A model generated the notes under the pieces. It made no database searches. It saw nothing but the letters and a program-made list of their open reading frames with translations, and was not told the origin of the DNA. This document shows positions 1 to 9,631 of a stretch of DNA of 64,000 nucleotides, piece after piece; position 1 is the first letter of the stretch; every line of letters begins with the position of its first letter. This stretch comes from Anaerolineae bacterium (GTDB lineage Bacteria; Chloroflexota; Anaerolineae; B4-G1; SLSP01). The stretch spans positions 22,386-86,385 of the forward strand of contig JBNGCP010000006.1 of NCBI GenBank assembly GCA_049974845.1. The letters are read 5' to 3'. The position numbers were made by a program, and so were the translations under genes.

Positions 1-102
1 CAGGCCGCGAGCTGGGGCTGCGATTGCGGGAGCGAGCCCAACGACACTTCTCTTGGCGCCGTACCGCGTTGCACTTGACGCGGATCTACCGCTCTCTCTG
101 GC

Positions 103-2709
103 GTGAGCCAGGGCGACACCATACCTAGAGCACCGACGATGTACGCCCAGGTCTTGGTCTTTCAGCCCATCCGGCTCCGCCACTCGCCCTTTCTCGACTA
201 TGAAGTTCCGCAGTCGCTGGAACCCACAATGCGCCCCGGCGTGCTCGTCGTCGTGCCCCTGCAGACACGGGTCCTGCCGGGCATCGTGATGAGCCTCTCC
301 CAGGCGCCGTCCGTCCCGGACACCCGTCCGATCAAGAGCGTGCTCGATCCCGAGCCGGTGCTCGATGTCACGCGGCTGGGACTTGCTCGATGGATGGCCG
401 ATGCCTGGCTGGCACCGCTCCATCGCTGCGTACAGGCCATGCTGCCGCCGGGCATGCGTCCGCAGGCCTATCTGAAGCTGACCCCGCGGGTAAGTCACGT
501 CCCCCCTGATCTGCCGGCATCCGCGAGAGCGGTCTTGCAGCTCCTCATCGAACGCGGTCCTTTGAAGGGCCGCCAGGTTCGATCGGCGCTCAAGCAGGTC
601 GATCTGAGAAGGACTCGCCACTTTCTGGAGCGCCATGGATACATCCAAGTTGAACGTCTGCTGCGCCTCCCAAAGATACAGCCACGAGAGGTGCCAATGG
701 CAGAGCTGGCGGCGCCCAGAGAGCAATGGACCGAAGGGCTCAAAGGTCTGCAGTTGACGGACCTGTACCAGTCCATCCTCAACTTCTTAGAGGGCGAGGA
801 CCGGCCGGTGGAGATCAGCGTTGTGCGGGCCGAGACGGGCGCCGAGACCTACCACGTCCGAAAGCTGGAGGAGCGGGGTCTGGTCTCCACCAGCCGCCGT
901 GAGGTGTTGAGAGATCCGCTGGAGGATTTGGTCTTTATCCCCGATCGGGCGCCCTCGCTGACGCCGGGGCAGCAGGGCGTCTGGCGCGAACTAGAGGCGT
1001 TGCTGCAACCCGGGGCGGCACGAGGGCGGCCTGCGGCGTTCTCGGGCGTGCTCCTGCTCGGCGTTACAGGGTCGGGCAAGACGGAGATTTATATGCGGGC
1101 GGCAGCCGAGGTGCTGCGACAGGGCAAGCAGGCCTTGATCCTCGTGCCCGAGATCAGCCTGACCCCCCAGACGGTGCGCCGCTTTGCCGTGCGCTTCCCA
1201 GGCCGGGTAGGCCTGTGGCATAGTGGGCTAAGCGACGGCGAGCGCTTCGATACGTGGCGACGGGTGCGAAGCGGGGACCTCAGCGTCGTGGTTGGGGCCC
1301 GGTCCGCGCTCTTCGCCCCCTTCCCCAACCTGGGACTGATCGTCCTAGACGAGGAAGAGGACACCAGCTACAAAAGCGCTCGAACCCCCTACTACCACGC
1401 ACGAGAGACGGCGGAGAAGCTTGCCGCGCTGACCGATGCTCTCCTCGTGATGGGGAGCGCCACCCCCTCTCTGGAGGCCTACGCGCGGGCGCAGGAGGGA
1501 CGCTACCGGCTGCTTCGCTTGCCGGCCCGGATCATGAGCCATGCTCGACGCATCGCAGACTGGCAGCGGGTGCTGCACCTACCCCGCAGCCGCTATCGCC
1601 CCCTCTCTGAGGTCGTTCCACGGACCGCTCAGGGGATGATTTCGGAGGCGCCGGAGGGCGGCTCACAGGCAGTCACGATTCCACTACCACCGATTGACGT
1701 CATCGACATGCGGTCCGAGCTGCGCATGGGCAACCGCTCGATCTTCAGCCGCGCTCTCCAAGAAGCCGTGGATCAGGCTCTAGGGCGCGGCGAGCAAGTC
1801 GTCCTGTTTCTCAACCGCCGAGGTTCGGCGACCTACGTCTTCTGTCGAGACTGCGGGTGGGTCGCGGAATGCCCGAGATGTGATATCCCCCTGACCCAAC
1901 ATCGTCGGGCCGCGGCCCTGATCTGTCACCGGTGCGGATACCAGCGAGGAGTCGTCCAACGGTGTCCAGCGTGTGGATCGCATCGCGTGCGTGCCTTTGG
2001 ACTGGGCACGGAAGGCTTAGAATCCCGCGTCGCACAGCGGTGGCCCCGCGCCCGCATTCTCCGGTGGGATCGCGATGCGGCCCGCTCGCGCGGAGCTCAC
2101 GCCACGATTATGGGGCACTTCGCGCGGGGCGACGCCGATATCCTTGTCGGAACTCAAATGGTGGCGCGCGGCTTGGATATCCCCAAGGTGACCGTGGTCG
2201 GCGTGATCTCTGCTGACACAGCTCTGAATCTGCCCGACTTCCGGGCTGCGGAGCGCACCTTTCAGCTCCTGGCTCAGGTAGCCGGTCGTGCGGGGCGGGG
2301 CATCCTCGGCGGACAAGTGGTGATCCAGACGTATCATCCGGATCACTATGCCATCCAGTTCGCCGCATCGCATGACTACGAGGCATTTGCGCAACGGGAG
2401 CTCGCATTCCGCCGCACGGCGGGCTATCCCCCAGCCATTCGCCTGGCACGCCTTGTGACGGCACACCGCAACCCACAGAAAGCACAAAGGTCGGCCGAGC
2501 AGATGGCCGATCGACTGCGCGAGGCGCTGATTCGGGAAAGCCTTCCACCAACGGACCTTATCGGTCCGGCTCCGGCGTTCTTTGCCCGCGTTCGCGGGCG
2601 CTACCGCTGGCACATCCTGTTACGCAGCGTCGCACCGGCGGATTTCCTCCAGCCCATTGACATCCCACCCGGCTGGATTGTGGATATCGATCCTGTGGAT
2701 ATACTCTGA
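103..2709 (+). CDS. priA: Primosomal protein N' (PriA replication-restart helicase)
   Basis: The 868-aa ORF has a Walker A motif (GVTGSGKTE), DEAD-like helicase motifs and a C-terminal Cys-rich zinc-binding region (CRDCGWVAECPRCD...CHRCGY...CPACGS) typical of PriA. The true start may be the internal Met at 139. Confidence 0.9.
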   Translation: MSQGDTIPRAPTMYAQVLVFQPIRLRHSPFLDYEVPQSLEPTMRPGVLVVVPLQTRVLPGIVMSLSQAPSVPDTRPIKSVLDPEPVLDVTRLGLARWMADAWLAPLHRCVQAMLPPGMRPQAYLKLTPRVSHVPPDLPASARAVLQLLIERGPLKGRQVRSALKQVDLRRTRHFLERHGYIQVERLLRLPKIQPREVPMAELAAPREQWTEGLKGLQLTDLYQSILNFLEGEDRPVEISVVRAETGAETYHVRKLEERGLVSTSRREVLRDPLEDLVFIPDRAPSLTPGQQGVWRELEALLQPGAARGRPAAFSGVLLLGVTGSGKTEIYMRAAAEVLRQGKQALILVPEISLTPQTVRRFAVRFPGRVGLWHSGLSDGERFDTWRRVRSGDLSVVVGARSALFAPFPNLGLIVLDEEEDTSYKSARTPYYHARETAEKLAALTDALLVMGSATPSLEAYARAQEGRYRLLRLPARIMSHARRIADWQRVLHLPRSRYRPLSEVVPRTAQGMISEAPEGGSQAVTIPLPPIDVIDMRSELRMGNRSIFSRALQEAVDQALGRGEQVVLFLNRRGSATYVFCRDCGWVAECPRCDIPLTQHRRAAALICHRCGYQRGVVQRCPACGSHRVRAFGLGTEGLESRVAQRWPRARILRWDRDAARSRGAHATIMGHFARGDADILVGTQMVARGLDIPKVTVVGVISADTALNLPDFRAAERTFQLLAQVAGRAGRGILGGQVVIQTYHPDHYAIQFAASHDYEAFAQRELAFRRTAGYPPAIRLARLVTAHRNPQKAQRSAEQMADRLREALIRESLPPTDLIGPAPAFFARVRGRYRWHILLRSVAPADFLQPIDIPPGWIVDIDPVDIL

Positions 2710-2774
2710 CCCTTATAGGCCTGCTGTGTAGGCCTGCTCTCATCATCCCACATCAGCCCTTTCAGGGAGGAAAA

Positions 2775-4307
2775 ATGGTCGCCAACGCTCGTGAGATTCA
2801 GGGTCCCCGACGCTTCACCAAAGAGCAGATCATCAATGCCTGGTGTATGTATGATTGGGCGAACTCGGCGTTCGCAACGACGATCCTGGCCGCGATACTG
2901 CCAGTCTACTACAGTCTGGTGGCAGGGGCAACGTTGCCTTCGCCCGAGGTGGCAACGGCCTATTGGAGCCTTGGTCTCAGCCTGTCACTCCTGATCGTTG
3001 CCGTACTCTCCCCAATTCTGGGCACCGTTTCCGACGTCGTTCGGAGCAAGAAGCGCTTTCTGACGCTGTTTGCGGCGATGGGCATCACCGGCACGGCCCT
3101 GCTCGTCCTCGTCGACACCGGAGACTGGCTGTTAGCCTCCATTCTCTTTGTCCTGGCGCGCATCGGTTTCACCAGCGCCAACGTCTTCTACGACGCTTTG
3201 CTCCCTCACGTCGCCCAAGGGGAGGAACAGGATCGCGTCTCCGCAAAGGGATATGCCCTGGGTTACCTTGGCGGTGGTCTCCTGCTTGCCGTCAACGCCG
3301 CCATGGTCTCCTTCCTGCCCGGCACCTGGGGACCGCGCCTCTCCTTTGTGAGTGTCGCTGTATGGTGGGCGGTCTTTTCCATTCCCCTCCTCCGCCGTGT
3401 GCCCGAGCCCCTCTCGGCAACGGCGGATCTTGCGCCCGGCGAAAACGTGATCTCGGTGAGCTTCCGCCGGCTGGCGGACGTCTTCAAGGACGTCCGTCGC
3501 TACAAGGAGCTCTTCAAGTTCCTCGTTGCGTTTCTGATCTACAATGACGCCATCGGGACGATCATCGGTGTTGCCAGCATCTACGGCGCGGAGCTGGGCT
3601 TTGACAGTGTGCAACTGATTCTCGCGTTGTTGCTGGTGCAATTCGTGGGCATTCCCTTCAGCCTGATCTTCGGCCGTCTCCCCAGCAAATCAGAGCCACG
3701 GCGACCGATCTACCTCGCCTTCGTCGTCTACAACATGGTGGCGCTGCCGCTGGTCGGCGTCGTAGGCGCGCGGATGCTGCCCGAGCTCGGTCTCGGGCAG
3801 ACCCTGGGCCTGATTGGTGCTGTGGAAGCGGCGGGGATCCTCTTTTCGCTGCTGCTGGGTCGCGCGCTATTCTCCAGATTGGCCGCCATCCTCGACACGA
3901 AACGCAGCATTATCTTGGCCCTCATCATTTATGCCGTTATCGCAGTCTGGGGATACTTTCTACGCTCCGTCGTGGAGTTCTGGCTGCTCGCCTGGATGGT
4001 AGCCGTGGTCCAGGGCGGCAGCCAAGCGCTGAGCCGGAGCCTCTACGCTAGCCTCTCCCCGTCGGCAAAGAGCGGCGAGTTCTTCGGCCTCTTCGGCGTG
4101 ATGGAGAAGTTTTCGGCGATCCTCGGCCCGCTCCTCTTCGCTGCCGCCGCCGCGCTCTTCGGCAGCAGCCGCCCTGCGACCTTGAGCCTGATCCTCTTCT
4201 TCGCCGTCGGTGTTTTGCTTCTGCGGTCTGTCGATGTTCCGGCGGGCGTCAAGGTCGCGCGCGCAGAGGACGCCCGGAGCGCAGCCCAGATCGGGACGAC
4301 GCCATAG
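2775..4307 (+). CDS. MFS transporter, UMF1/Atg22-like family
   Basis: The 510-aa polytopic membrane protein starts MVANAREIQGPRRFTKEQIINAWCMYDWANSAF, which resembles the UMF1 MFS family. An RBS-like GGGAGG lies upstream. Confidence 0.75.
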   Translation: MVANAREIQGPRRFTKEQIINAWCMYDWANSAFATTILAAILPVYYSLVAGATLPSPEVATAYWSLGLSLSLLIVAVLSPILGTVSDVVRSKKRFLTLFAAMGITGTALLVLVDTGDWLLASILFVLARIGFTSANVFYDALLPHVAQGEEQDRVSAKGYALGYLGGGLLLAVNAAMVSFLPGTWGPRLSFVSVAVWWAVFSIPLLRRVPEPLSATADLAPGENVISVSFRRLADVFKDVRRYKELFKFLVAFLIYNDAIGTIIGVASIYGAELGFDSVQLILALLLVQFVGIPFSLIFGRLPSKSEPRRPIYLAFVVYNMVALPLVGVVGARMLPELGLGQTLGLIGAVEAAGILFSLLLGRALFSRLAAILDTKRSIILALIIYAVIAVWGYFLRSVVEFWLLAWMVAVVQGGSQALSRSLYASLSPSAKSGEFFGLFGVMEKFSAILGPLLFAAAAALFGSSRPATLSLILFFAVGVLLLRSVDVPAGVKVARAEDARSAAQIGTTP

Positions 4308-4480
4308 CCATAGACCCGTAGGCTCGGCACATAGCGATGTCATGAGCCAGATGGAACGGCACAGAGACCTGTCTCGCCTGTGACCCGCGTGCCTCCATCT
4401 GGCAAGGCCGGTGCGTCCCCTGGCGCGTCCGATATCGGCGTTTCTTGTCACCGATCTAAAAGACAGTAGAATGCCAGATT

Positions 4481-6097
4481 GTGATGAGTGATCAGGGAGA
4501 GCTTTCAGGAGAAGCGCGGCGCGTGACTCGCGCCGCGATTTTAATCTCCGTGGGCAGCATTGCCAGTCGAGCGCTAGGACTCGTGAGCGAGATGGCGAAG
4601 TCCTATTTCTTCGGCGCAGGGGGCGCCGTCAGCGCCTTTGACGTCGCATCCCAGGTTCCCACCATGCTCTACGACCAGCTTGTGGGGGGCATGCTCAGCG
4701 CTTCGTTGGTCCCGGTCTTCTCTGACTACGCGCGCTCGGAAGATCGCGAGGAGCTGTGGCAGGTCTTCAGTCACATCTTCACCATTTTGTTATTGGTGTT
4801 GGGAGCGATCATCGTGCTTCTGGAGATCGCCGCACCCGCCGTCGCACGGATTCTCGGGACGAAGTTACCGCCGGAGTACCTGGCCATGGCGACATCGATG
4901 ATCCGCATCACCTCACCCGCCGTCCTGTTTCTGAACATCGCGGGACTCCTCTCGGCGCTACTCTATGCTCTGCAACGCTTCCGGCTTCCGGCATTTACGG
5001 GCGCCGTCTACAACGCGGGTATGGTCCTGGTGATTGTGGCGTTGGGCACAGGGCCGCTAGGTGCGAAGACGCTGGCGATCGGCCTGCTGGTCGCGACTTT
5101 TGCCCAGATGGCAATACAGCTGCCAGGTCTACGGGGCCTGCGTCTGCGCCTACAACTGCCTCTCCCACTCCACCCGGCCCTTGGACAGGTCATCAGACTT
5201 TATCTTCCCATTGGCGCGGGACTGCTCGTCGACCTGTTCGCGAGAGGGCTGAGCTTCAACCTGGCGTCACGGACCGGACCGAGCGGCATTGCTTGGATGA
5301 GCTACGCCGCCAAGCTGATCCAATTCCCTCTGGGACTCGTGGTCACCGCAGTCTCCGTTGCCATCCTCCCGACGCTCTCCCGTTACGCCAGCGACGCCGA
5401 AGAGCCTGCCTTCAGCGCAACGCTCGCACAAGGCGTGCGGTTGGTGCTGATCTTGGTATTGCCGGCGGCGGTGGGCCTGCTGGTCATGGCCCAGCCCCTG
5501 GTGGCATTGCTGCTCCAGCGCGGCGCCTTTCAGCCCTCCGACACCCTGGCTACGGCGCACGCGCTGCGGTTTTCCATCCTGGGGCTGGTCTTCGCTGCCC
5601 TGGACACCCCGTTGATCTTTGCCTTCTACGCTCGAAAGGACACGTGGACGCCAGCGCTGGTCGGAATCGGGACGACGGTCCTCTATATCGGAATGGCGCT
5701 CGTGCCAACCCTGTTCCACGAGCCGCGCCTGTGGCAGCTGATTCTCGCCAATTCCCTCAAGCTTATGGCTCACGCGCTATTGATGCTCTATCTGTTTACA
5801 CGCAAAGTTGGGAGTCTGGGGCCTTACGGCGTCGGGCGAACCACGCTTCTGTCGTCAGGCGCCTCCCTCGCGATGGTCCCGCTGATGTTGGCTGTCCTGG
5901 GGGGATTACAGCCGCTCGTGCCGCCGGGCTCGCTGGGCTACCTTATCCGAATCCTTACAGCTACGGGGCTCGGGGGGCTTGTCTATCTCGGCCTGATGCG
6001 CATATTGGGCGTAGAAGAGCTCTCCTTGATCCGCCAGGCGTTGCGACGGCGCCCGTCTTTGGCTTCCGGACCCTTGCTCAGTCTTCGAAAGCAGTGA
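4481..6097 (+). CDS. murJ: Lipid II flippase MurJ (MviN)
   Basis: The 538-aa polytopic membrane protein has the MurJ-family N-terminus (ISVGSIASRALGLVSEMAKSYFFGAGGAVSAFDVASQVPTMLYDQLVGG). Confidence 0.85.
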   Translation: MMSDQGELSGEARRVTRAAILISVGSIASRALGLVSEMAKSYFFGAGGAVSAFDVASQVPTMLYDQLVGGMLSASLVPVFSDYARSEDREELWQVFSHIFTILLLVLGAIIVLLEIAAPAVARILGTKLPPEYLAMATSMIRITSPAVLFLNIAGLLSALLYALQRFRLPAFTGAVYNAGMVLVIVALGTGPLGAKTLAIGLLVATFAQMAIQLPGLRGLRLRLQLPLPLHPALGQVIRLYLPIGAGLLVDLFARGLSFNLASRTGPSGIAWMSYAAKLIQFPLGLVVTAVSVAILPTLSRYASDAEEPAFSATLAQGVRLVLILVLPAAVGLLVMAQPLVALLLQRGAFQPSDTLATAHALRFSILGLVFAALDTPLIFAFYARKDTWTPALVGIGTTVLYIGMALVPTLFHEPRLWQLILANSLKLMAHALLMLYLFTRKVGSLGPYGVGRTTLLSSGASLAMVPLMLAVLGGLQPLVPPGSLGYLIRILTATGLGGLVYLGLMRILGVEELSLIRQALRRRPSLASGPLLSLRKQ

Positions 6098-6102
6098 GAC
6101 TT

Positions 6103-7482
6103 ATGCACAGTACACACAATCCCGCGAAAGCAACCTCGAGTCTTCGCAAGAAAGCACGTTCTCTTTTGCGGCACGGTGCAGCCCTGCTGATCGTGGCGAC
6201 GCTGTTGATCGCAACCGGTTGTGGTCCGGCGGAGCTGCTGTCGGCAGAGGAACGCCAAATCATCGTTCTCTGGCATACCTTCACCGGCGCGGAAGCTGAA
6301 GCCGTGGAGACCCTGACCGATCGCTTCAATGACGCAAATCCCTGGCAGATCGTCCTGATTACGGAGTACCAGGAGGATCTGCTGGACAAACTCAGACGAC
6401 AAGATGCACCGGAGAGCCGACCCGATCTGATCACCATCTGGCCGAAGGATCTGCAGAGCTATGTCGCGTTGGATATGGTAGGCGTGCCTCCCACCCATTC
6501 ACCGGAGATAGCGGACGCGTGGGGCGATATCCTGCCGATGGCCGGCGCGCTCTACGAAGTCGATGGGGTTCCACAGGCGCTTCCTCTGGGGTTGGCGACC
6601 TATCTCGCATACTTCAACCTGGACTGGTTGGGTGATTTGAGTTATGACTCAGAGGTGGCGAACTGGGAGGACTTCCGCCGGACAGCTTGCGGTGCCACTG
6701 ACCCGTTGAGGGGTCAGATTGGCGTGGGCGTGCCGGCGCGAGCCAGCCTCCTGCTGGCATTCCTGGCAGCCAGCGGCTCGGAGATCGTCGGTGAGGATGA
6801 TTACTACCAGTTCTCCGACGAGTCCGGACGAGCTGCGGCCTCGGTCCTCCACGCCGTGATGAGCGCTGAGTGCGGCATGGTCTATCAGGATCGTGACGAG
6901 GGCCTGGCGCGATTGAGCAAGAGCTCAATGGCCATGATTGTGGAGTCGAGCGAATACCTCTCACAGGTTCAGCGCGCGATTCTGGCAGGCCGCAATTTTC
7001 AGTTAGGGGTCAGCCCCCTCCCGGGCTCGGCAGGCCCTGGCCCTACGCTCTGGTACGGCCCCGGCTTGATGATCTCCGCGCCGGAGGGGGAGCGCCAGGT
7101 AGCCGCGCTCAGGGCATTAGCCTGGTTCTTCTCGCCCGAATCGCAACGCTACTGGGGCCAGACCACAGAGTACATTCCCATCCGGCGCTCCGTCGTCGAG
7201 GCCGAGCTGGAGAGGATTGACCAGATGCCTCTGGTGTCTTCTGAGATCAGCCTCCTGGAGATCACCCTCAATGCAGCAGACAGCGGCGATTGGGTTGCAT
7301 GGCCTCAGGCCACGAACCGCATCGCCTGCCGTGCGGCGCTGTTGCGCGGGCTCCTCGCGCTACAGGAGATGGACGCCGACACTGATGCGTACGTCGAAAC
7401 GGCGGTCACCGCCTGTAATACCGGCGTAGGATTCCGGACGGAGCCCTCACCCTCCCCTACGCCGGATCCGGAGACCCCGTGA
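6103..7482 (+). CDS. ABC transporter extracellular solute-binding protein (sugar-type), lipoprotein
   Basis: This is the real part of long frame artefact 4756..7482. It starts at ATG 6103 with a lipoprotein signal (LLIVATLLIATGCGP) and has family-1 solute-binding features. There is no adjacent permease or ATPase. Confidence 0.7.
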   Translation: MHSTHNPAKATSSLRKKARSLLRHGAALLIVATLLIATGCGPAELLSAEERQIIVLWHTFTGAEAEAVETLTDRFNDANPWQIVLITEYQEDLLDKLRRQDAPESRPDLITIWPKDLQSYVALDMVGVPPTHSPEIADAWGDILPMAGALYEVDGVPQALPLGLATYLAYFNLDWLGDLSYDSEVANWEDFRRTACGATDPLRGQIGVGVPARASLLLAFLAASGSEIVGEDDYYQFSDESGRAAASVLHAVMSAECGMVYQDRDEGLARLSKSSMAMIVESSEYLSQVQRAILAGRNFQLGVSPLPGSAGPGPTLWYGPGLMISAPEGERQVAALRALAWFFSPESQRYWGQTTEYIPIRRSVVEAELERIDQMPLVSSEISLLEITLNAADSGDWVAWPQATNRIACRAALLRGLLALQEMDADTDAYVETAVTACNTGVGFRTEPSPSPTPDPETP

Positions 7483-8267
7483 ATCGTTACGAGCACTGGC
7501 TTCGCGTGGGATTGGACGCCGCGGAGGAAGCCGCGGCCTACGCACGACATGAGTGGCGCGCTAAACACGTCATCCATGAGAAGGGCTATCGCGATATCGT
7601 CACCGATACCGATCTTGCCATGGAAGCGCTCATCCTGGACCGCCTGCACGCCGCTTTCCCAGATCATGCGGTGACCTCCGAGGAAGCCGGCGTTGAGGCT
7701 AGTGACGCTCACGTGCGCTGGCTCATTGATCCCCTTGACGGCACAAGCAACTTCTCCCGGAACAATCCCAACTTCAGCACGGCTATTGCGGCTATAGAGG
7801 ATGGCGTGCCTGTCATTGGCATCATCTACGACGCCCTTCGCGCCCAGGCCTTCACGGCCTATGCCGGTGGCGGCGCCTACCTGGATGGAGAGGCGATCCA
7901 CGTCTCAGGGCAAACGGAGGTCGCCGAGGCGATCGTCAGCCTTGATGCACCGCGTGAGCCCCACCTGCGCCAACAGATGCTGACCTATATCGAGCGGTTT
8001 CTGGCTCGCGGTCGGACGATCAGGGCTCTGGGATCGGCGGCGCTGAACATGGCTTATGTAGCGACCGGCTGGGTGGATGGGTATTTCAGCGCTCACATGA
8101 AGCCCTGGGATCAGACAGCCGCAGTGTTGCTGGTTCGGGAGGCCGGCGGTGCCGTCGGCACGGTGTCCGGGAAAGCCTGGACGCCCTACAGCCCGGATCC
8201 CCTGCTGGCTGCGACCCCGACCCTGCTGGAAGCCATACGCTTAATCATAGGGGGGGAAAGCCCGTGA
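7479..8267 (+). CDS. Inositol monophosphatase family protein
   Basis: It carries the IMPase signature motifs WLIDPLDGTSNF and a Mg-binding DP(L/I)DGT, and is 262 aa. The GTG start overlaps the upstream stop. Confidence 0.85.
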   Translation: MNRYEHWLRVGLDAAEEAAAYARHEWRAKHVIHEKGYRDIVTDTDLAMEALILDRLHAAFPDHAVTSEEAGVEASDAHVRWLIDPLDGTSNFSRNNPNFSTAIAAIEDGVPVIGIIYDALRAQAFTAYAGGGAYLDGEAIHVSGQTEVAEAIVSLDAPREPHLRQQMLTYIERFLARGRTIRALGSAALNMAYVATGWVDGYFSAHMKPWDQTAAVLLVREAGGAVGTVSGKAWTPYSPDPLLAATPTLLEAIRLIIGGESP

Positions 8268-9418
8268 GACCTTGTGGCGATCATCGCCGCTTAGGCATAA
8301 GGGTAGGGCTCTGGTTGCTTGCCACAGCTCTGCTCTTTGCCGTAGCCCAGCCGATCCTTGCCCAAGACGATCCCCGCGGCCACTTTCTCGATCTACTCAA
8401 CCAGCTACGACTCAGCGAAGGGCTGGCGCCGCTGGGGAACTCCACGCTCCTCAACCAGGCCGCCCAGCGCCACGCCGAGGATCTGGTGACGCAGGGCGTC
8501 GTGACGCACGAAGGCTCGGATGGGAGCAGCTACCAACAGCGTATTCGCGAGGCTCGCTACCACGCATGGAACGACGGCCTGATGGTCGACGAGGTGCTGT
8601 GGACCGGATTGGGCACAGCCGAGGATGCCGTGATATGGTTTAGGAATAACGCCGAGTGGGCCGTTCTCACAGATCCCCGCTATCGTGAGGTCGGCATTGG
8701 CTACGCCGACGACCACGGGATCCGCTACTTCGTCGTCGATCTTGGGTCACGACCGGGCGTTCTTCCGATCTTTATCAACGACGGTGCTGAGACCACGGAG
8801 GCTCCCCAGGTCGCTCTTCGGCTGACCAATGAGGAGGCTGTGCCGCTGGGAGATGGTACCTGGATGGGTACAGCTATCGAGGTGCGCGTCAGCAATACAC
8901 CGGATTTTGATGGGCAGCCCTGGCAACCTTGGGAGCCCCTCCTCCCCTGGATGCTGTCCGGGCAGGAGCCAGGTGACTATGCCGTATATGTGGAGTTTCG
9001 CGATGGGGCGGCTCGCACAGCGATTGCCGAGGATCTCATCCGGCTGGTGCCGCCGGGCGAATCGCCTCCTACACCGACACCTTTCACCGATACGGGCCCA
9101 GTCACACCCTCATCCGAAGAGCCCACCGCCGCACCGGAGGCGACCGACGCGGCGCCATCCCCCGAGTTGACCCCGGCCTCGGCGCGACCGACAGCAGCGC
9201 CCCGCGATCCCATATCGTCAACGGGCGAGATCGCACTTCCCTCCGAATCTGAGACGTACGAGGGCCTGCTCACACCCTACCCCACATGGACACCGCTGGC
9301 CTCTGATGAGCTGGTTGCCGTGGAGAGAGAGCCGACCGATTGGCCCCTTCTCGCAGTCTTCGTACTGCAGGCCGTGGCCGTGTTGTTAGGAGCTGCGGCC
9401 TTCCTCAAGCGACACTGA
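8264..9418 (+). CDS. CAP/SCP-domain secreted protein with Pro/Thr-rich linker and C-terminal TM anchor
   Basis: It has a signal peptide, a CAP-like domain (LNQAAQRHAEDLVTQGVVTHEGSDG...), a PT-rich low-complexity region and a C-terminal hydrophobic helix. Confidence 0.6.
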   Translation: MRPCGDHRRLGIRVGLWLLATALLFAVAQPILAQDDPRGHFLDLLNQLRLSEGLAPLGNSTLLNQAAQRHAEDLVTQGVVTHEGSDGSSYQQRIREARYHAWNDGLMVDEVLWTGLGTAEDAVIWFRNNAEWAVLTDPRYREVGIGYADDHGIRYFVVDLGSRPGVLPIFINDGAETTEAPQVALRLTNEEAVPLGDGTWMGTAIEVRVSNTPDFDGQPWQPWEPLLPWMLSGQEPGDYAVYVEFRDGAARTAIAEDLIRLVPPGESPPTPTPFTDTGPVTPSSEEPTAAPEATDAAPSPELTPASARPTAAPRDPISSTGEIALPSESETYEGLLTPYPTWTPLASDELVAVEREPTDWPLLAVFVLQAVAVLLGAAAFLKRH

Positions 9419-9471
9419 GATATCCTTAACCCAACTGAAACGCAAAAGAATGCGTGCAGGATGAGAAACGG

Positions 9472-9507
9472 TGCTAGTATGAGACTAAGCGATTTCACAT
9501 ACTAGCA
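9472..9507 (+). terminator. Hairpin downstream of the CAP-domain gene (tgctagtatg...catactagca)
   Basis: A perfect 10-bp inverted repeat with a 16-nt loop sits 54 nt after the stop. A weak T tract follows. Confidence 0.35.
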
Positions 9508-9631
9508 GCGCTTCTGACGCATCTTGTTGGGCCGACGTCCCTGGCTTGTCATAGGGCCAGCCCGGCGAGCAACGCCAGCGCAGAGGCGGCAACTTGGTAC
9601 CTACTCCGATCTGGGAAAGGAGTCTCTACCT

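Noticed and set aside
2710-2774. A direct repeat taggcctgct…taggcctgct after priA as a possible mobile-element end or terminator
   Set aside because: It is only a 10-bp direct repeat, with no inverted-repeat partner or transposase nearby. It is probably coincidental or a weak RBS context.
4756-7482. A 908-aa ORF spanning murJ and the downstream gene
   Set aside because: The first ~1.3 kb is an alternative frame inside the clearly homologous murJ CDS and has Arg/Gly/Pro-rich nonsense composition. Only the portion from ATG 6103, the lipoprotein solute-binding protein, is real.
9419-9631. A possible tRNA or riboswitch in the 213-bp gap before the LysM/YkuD gene
   Set aside because: Only a simple hairpin (9472-9507) was found. 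No cloverleaf, anticodon arm or known riboswitch consensus was recognisable by eye.
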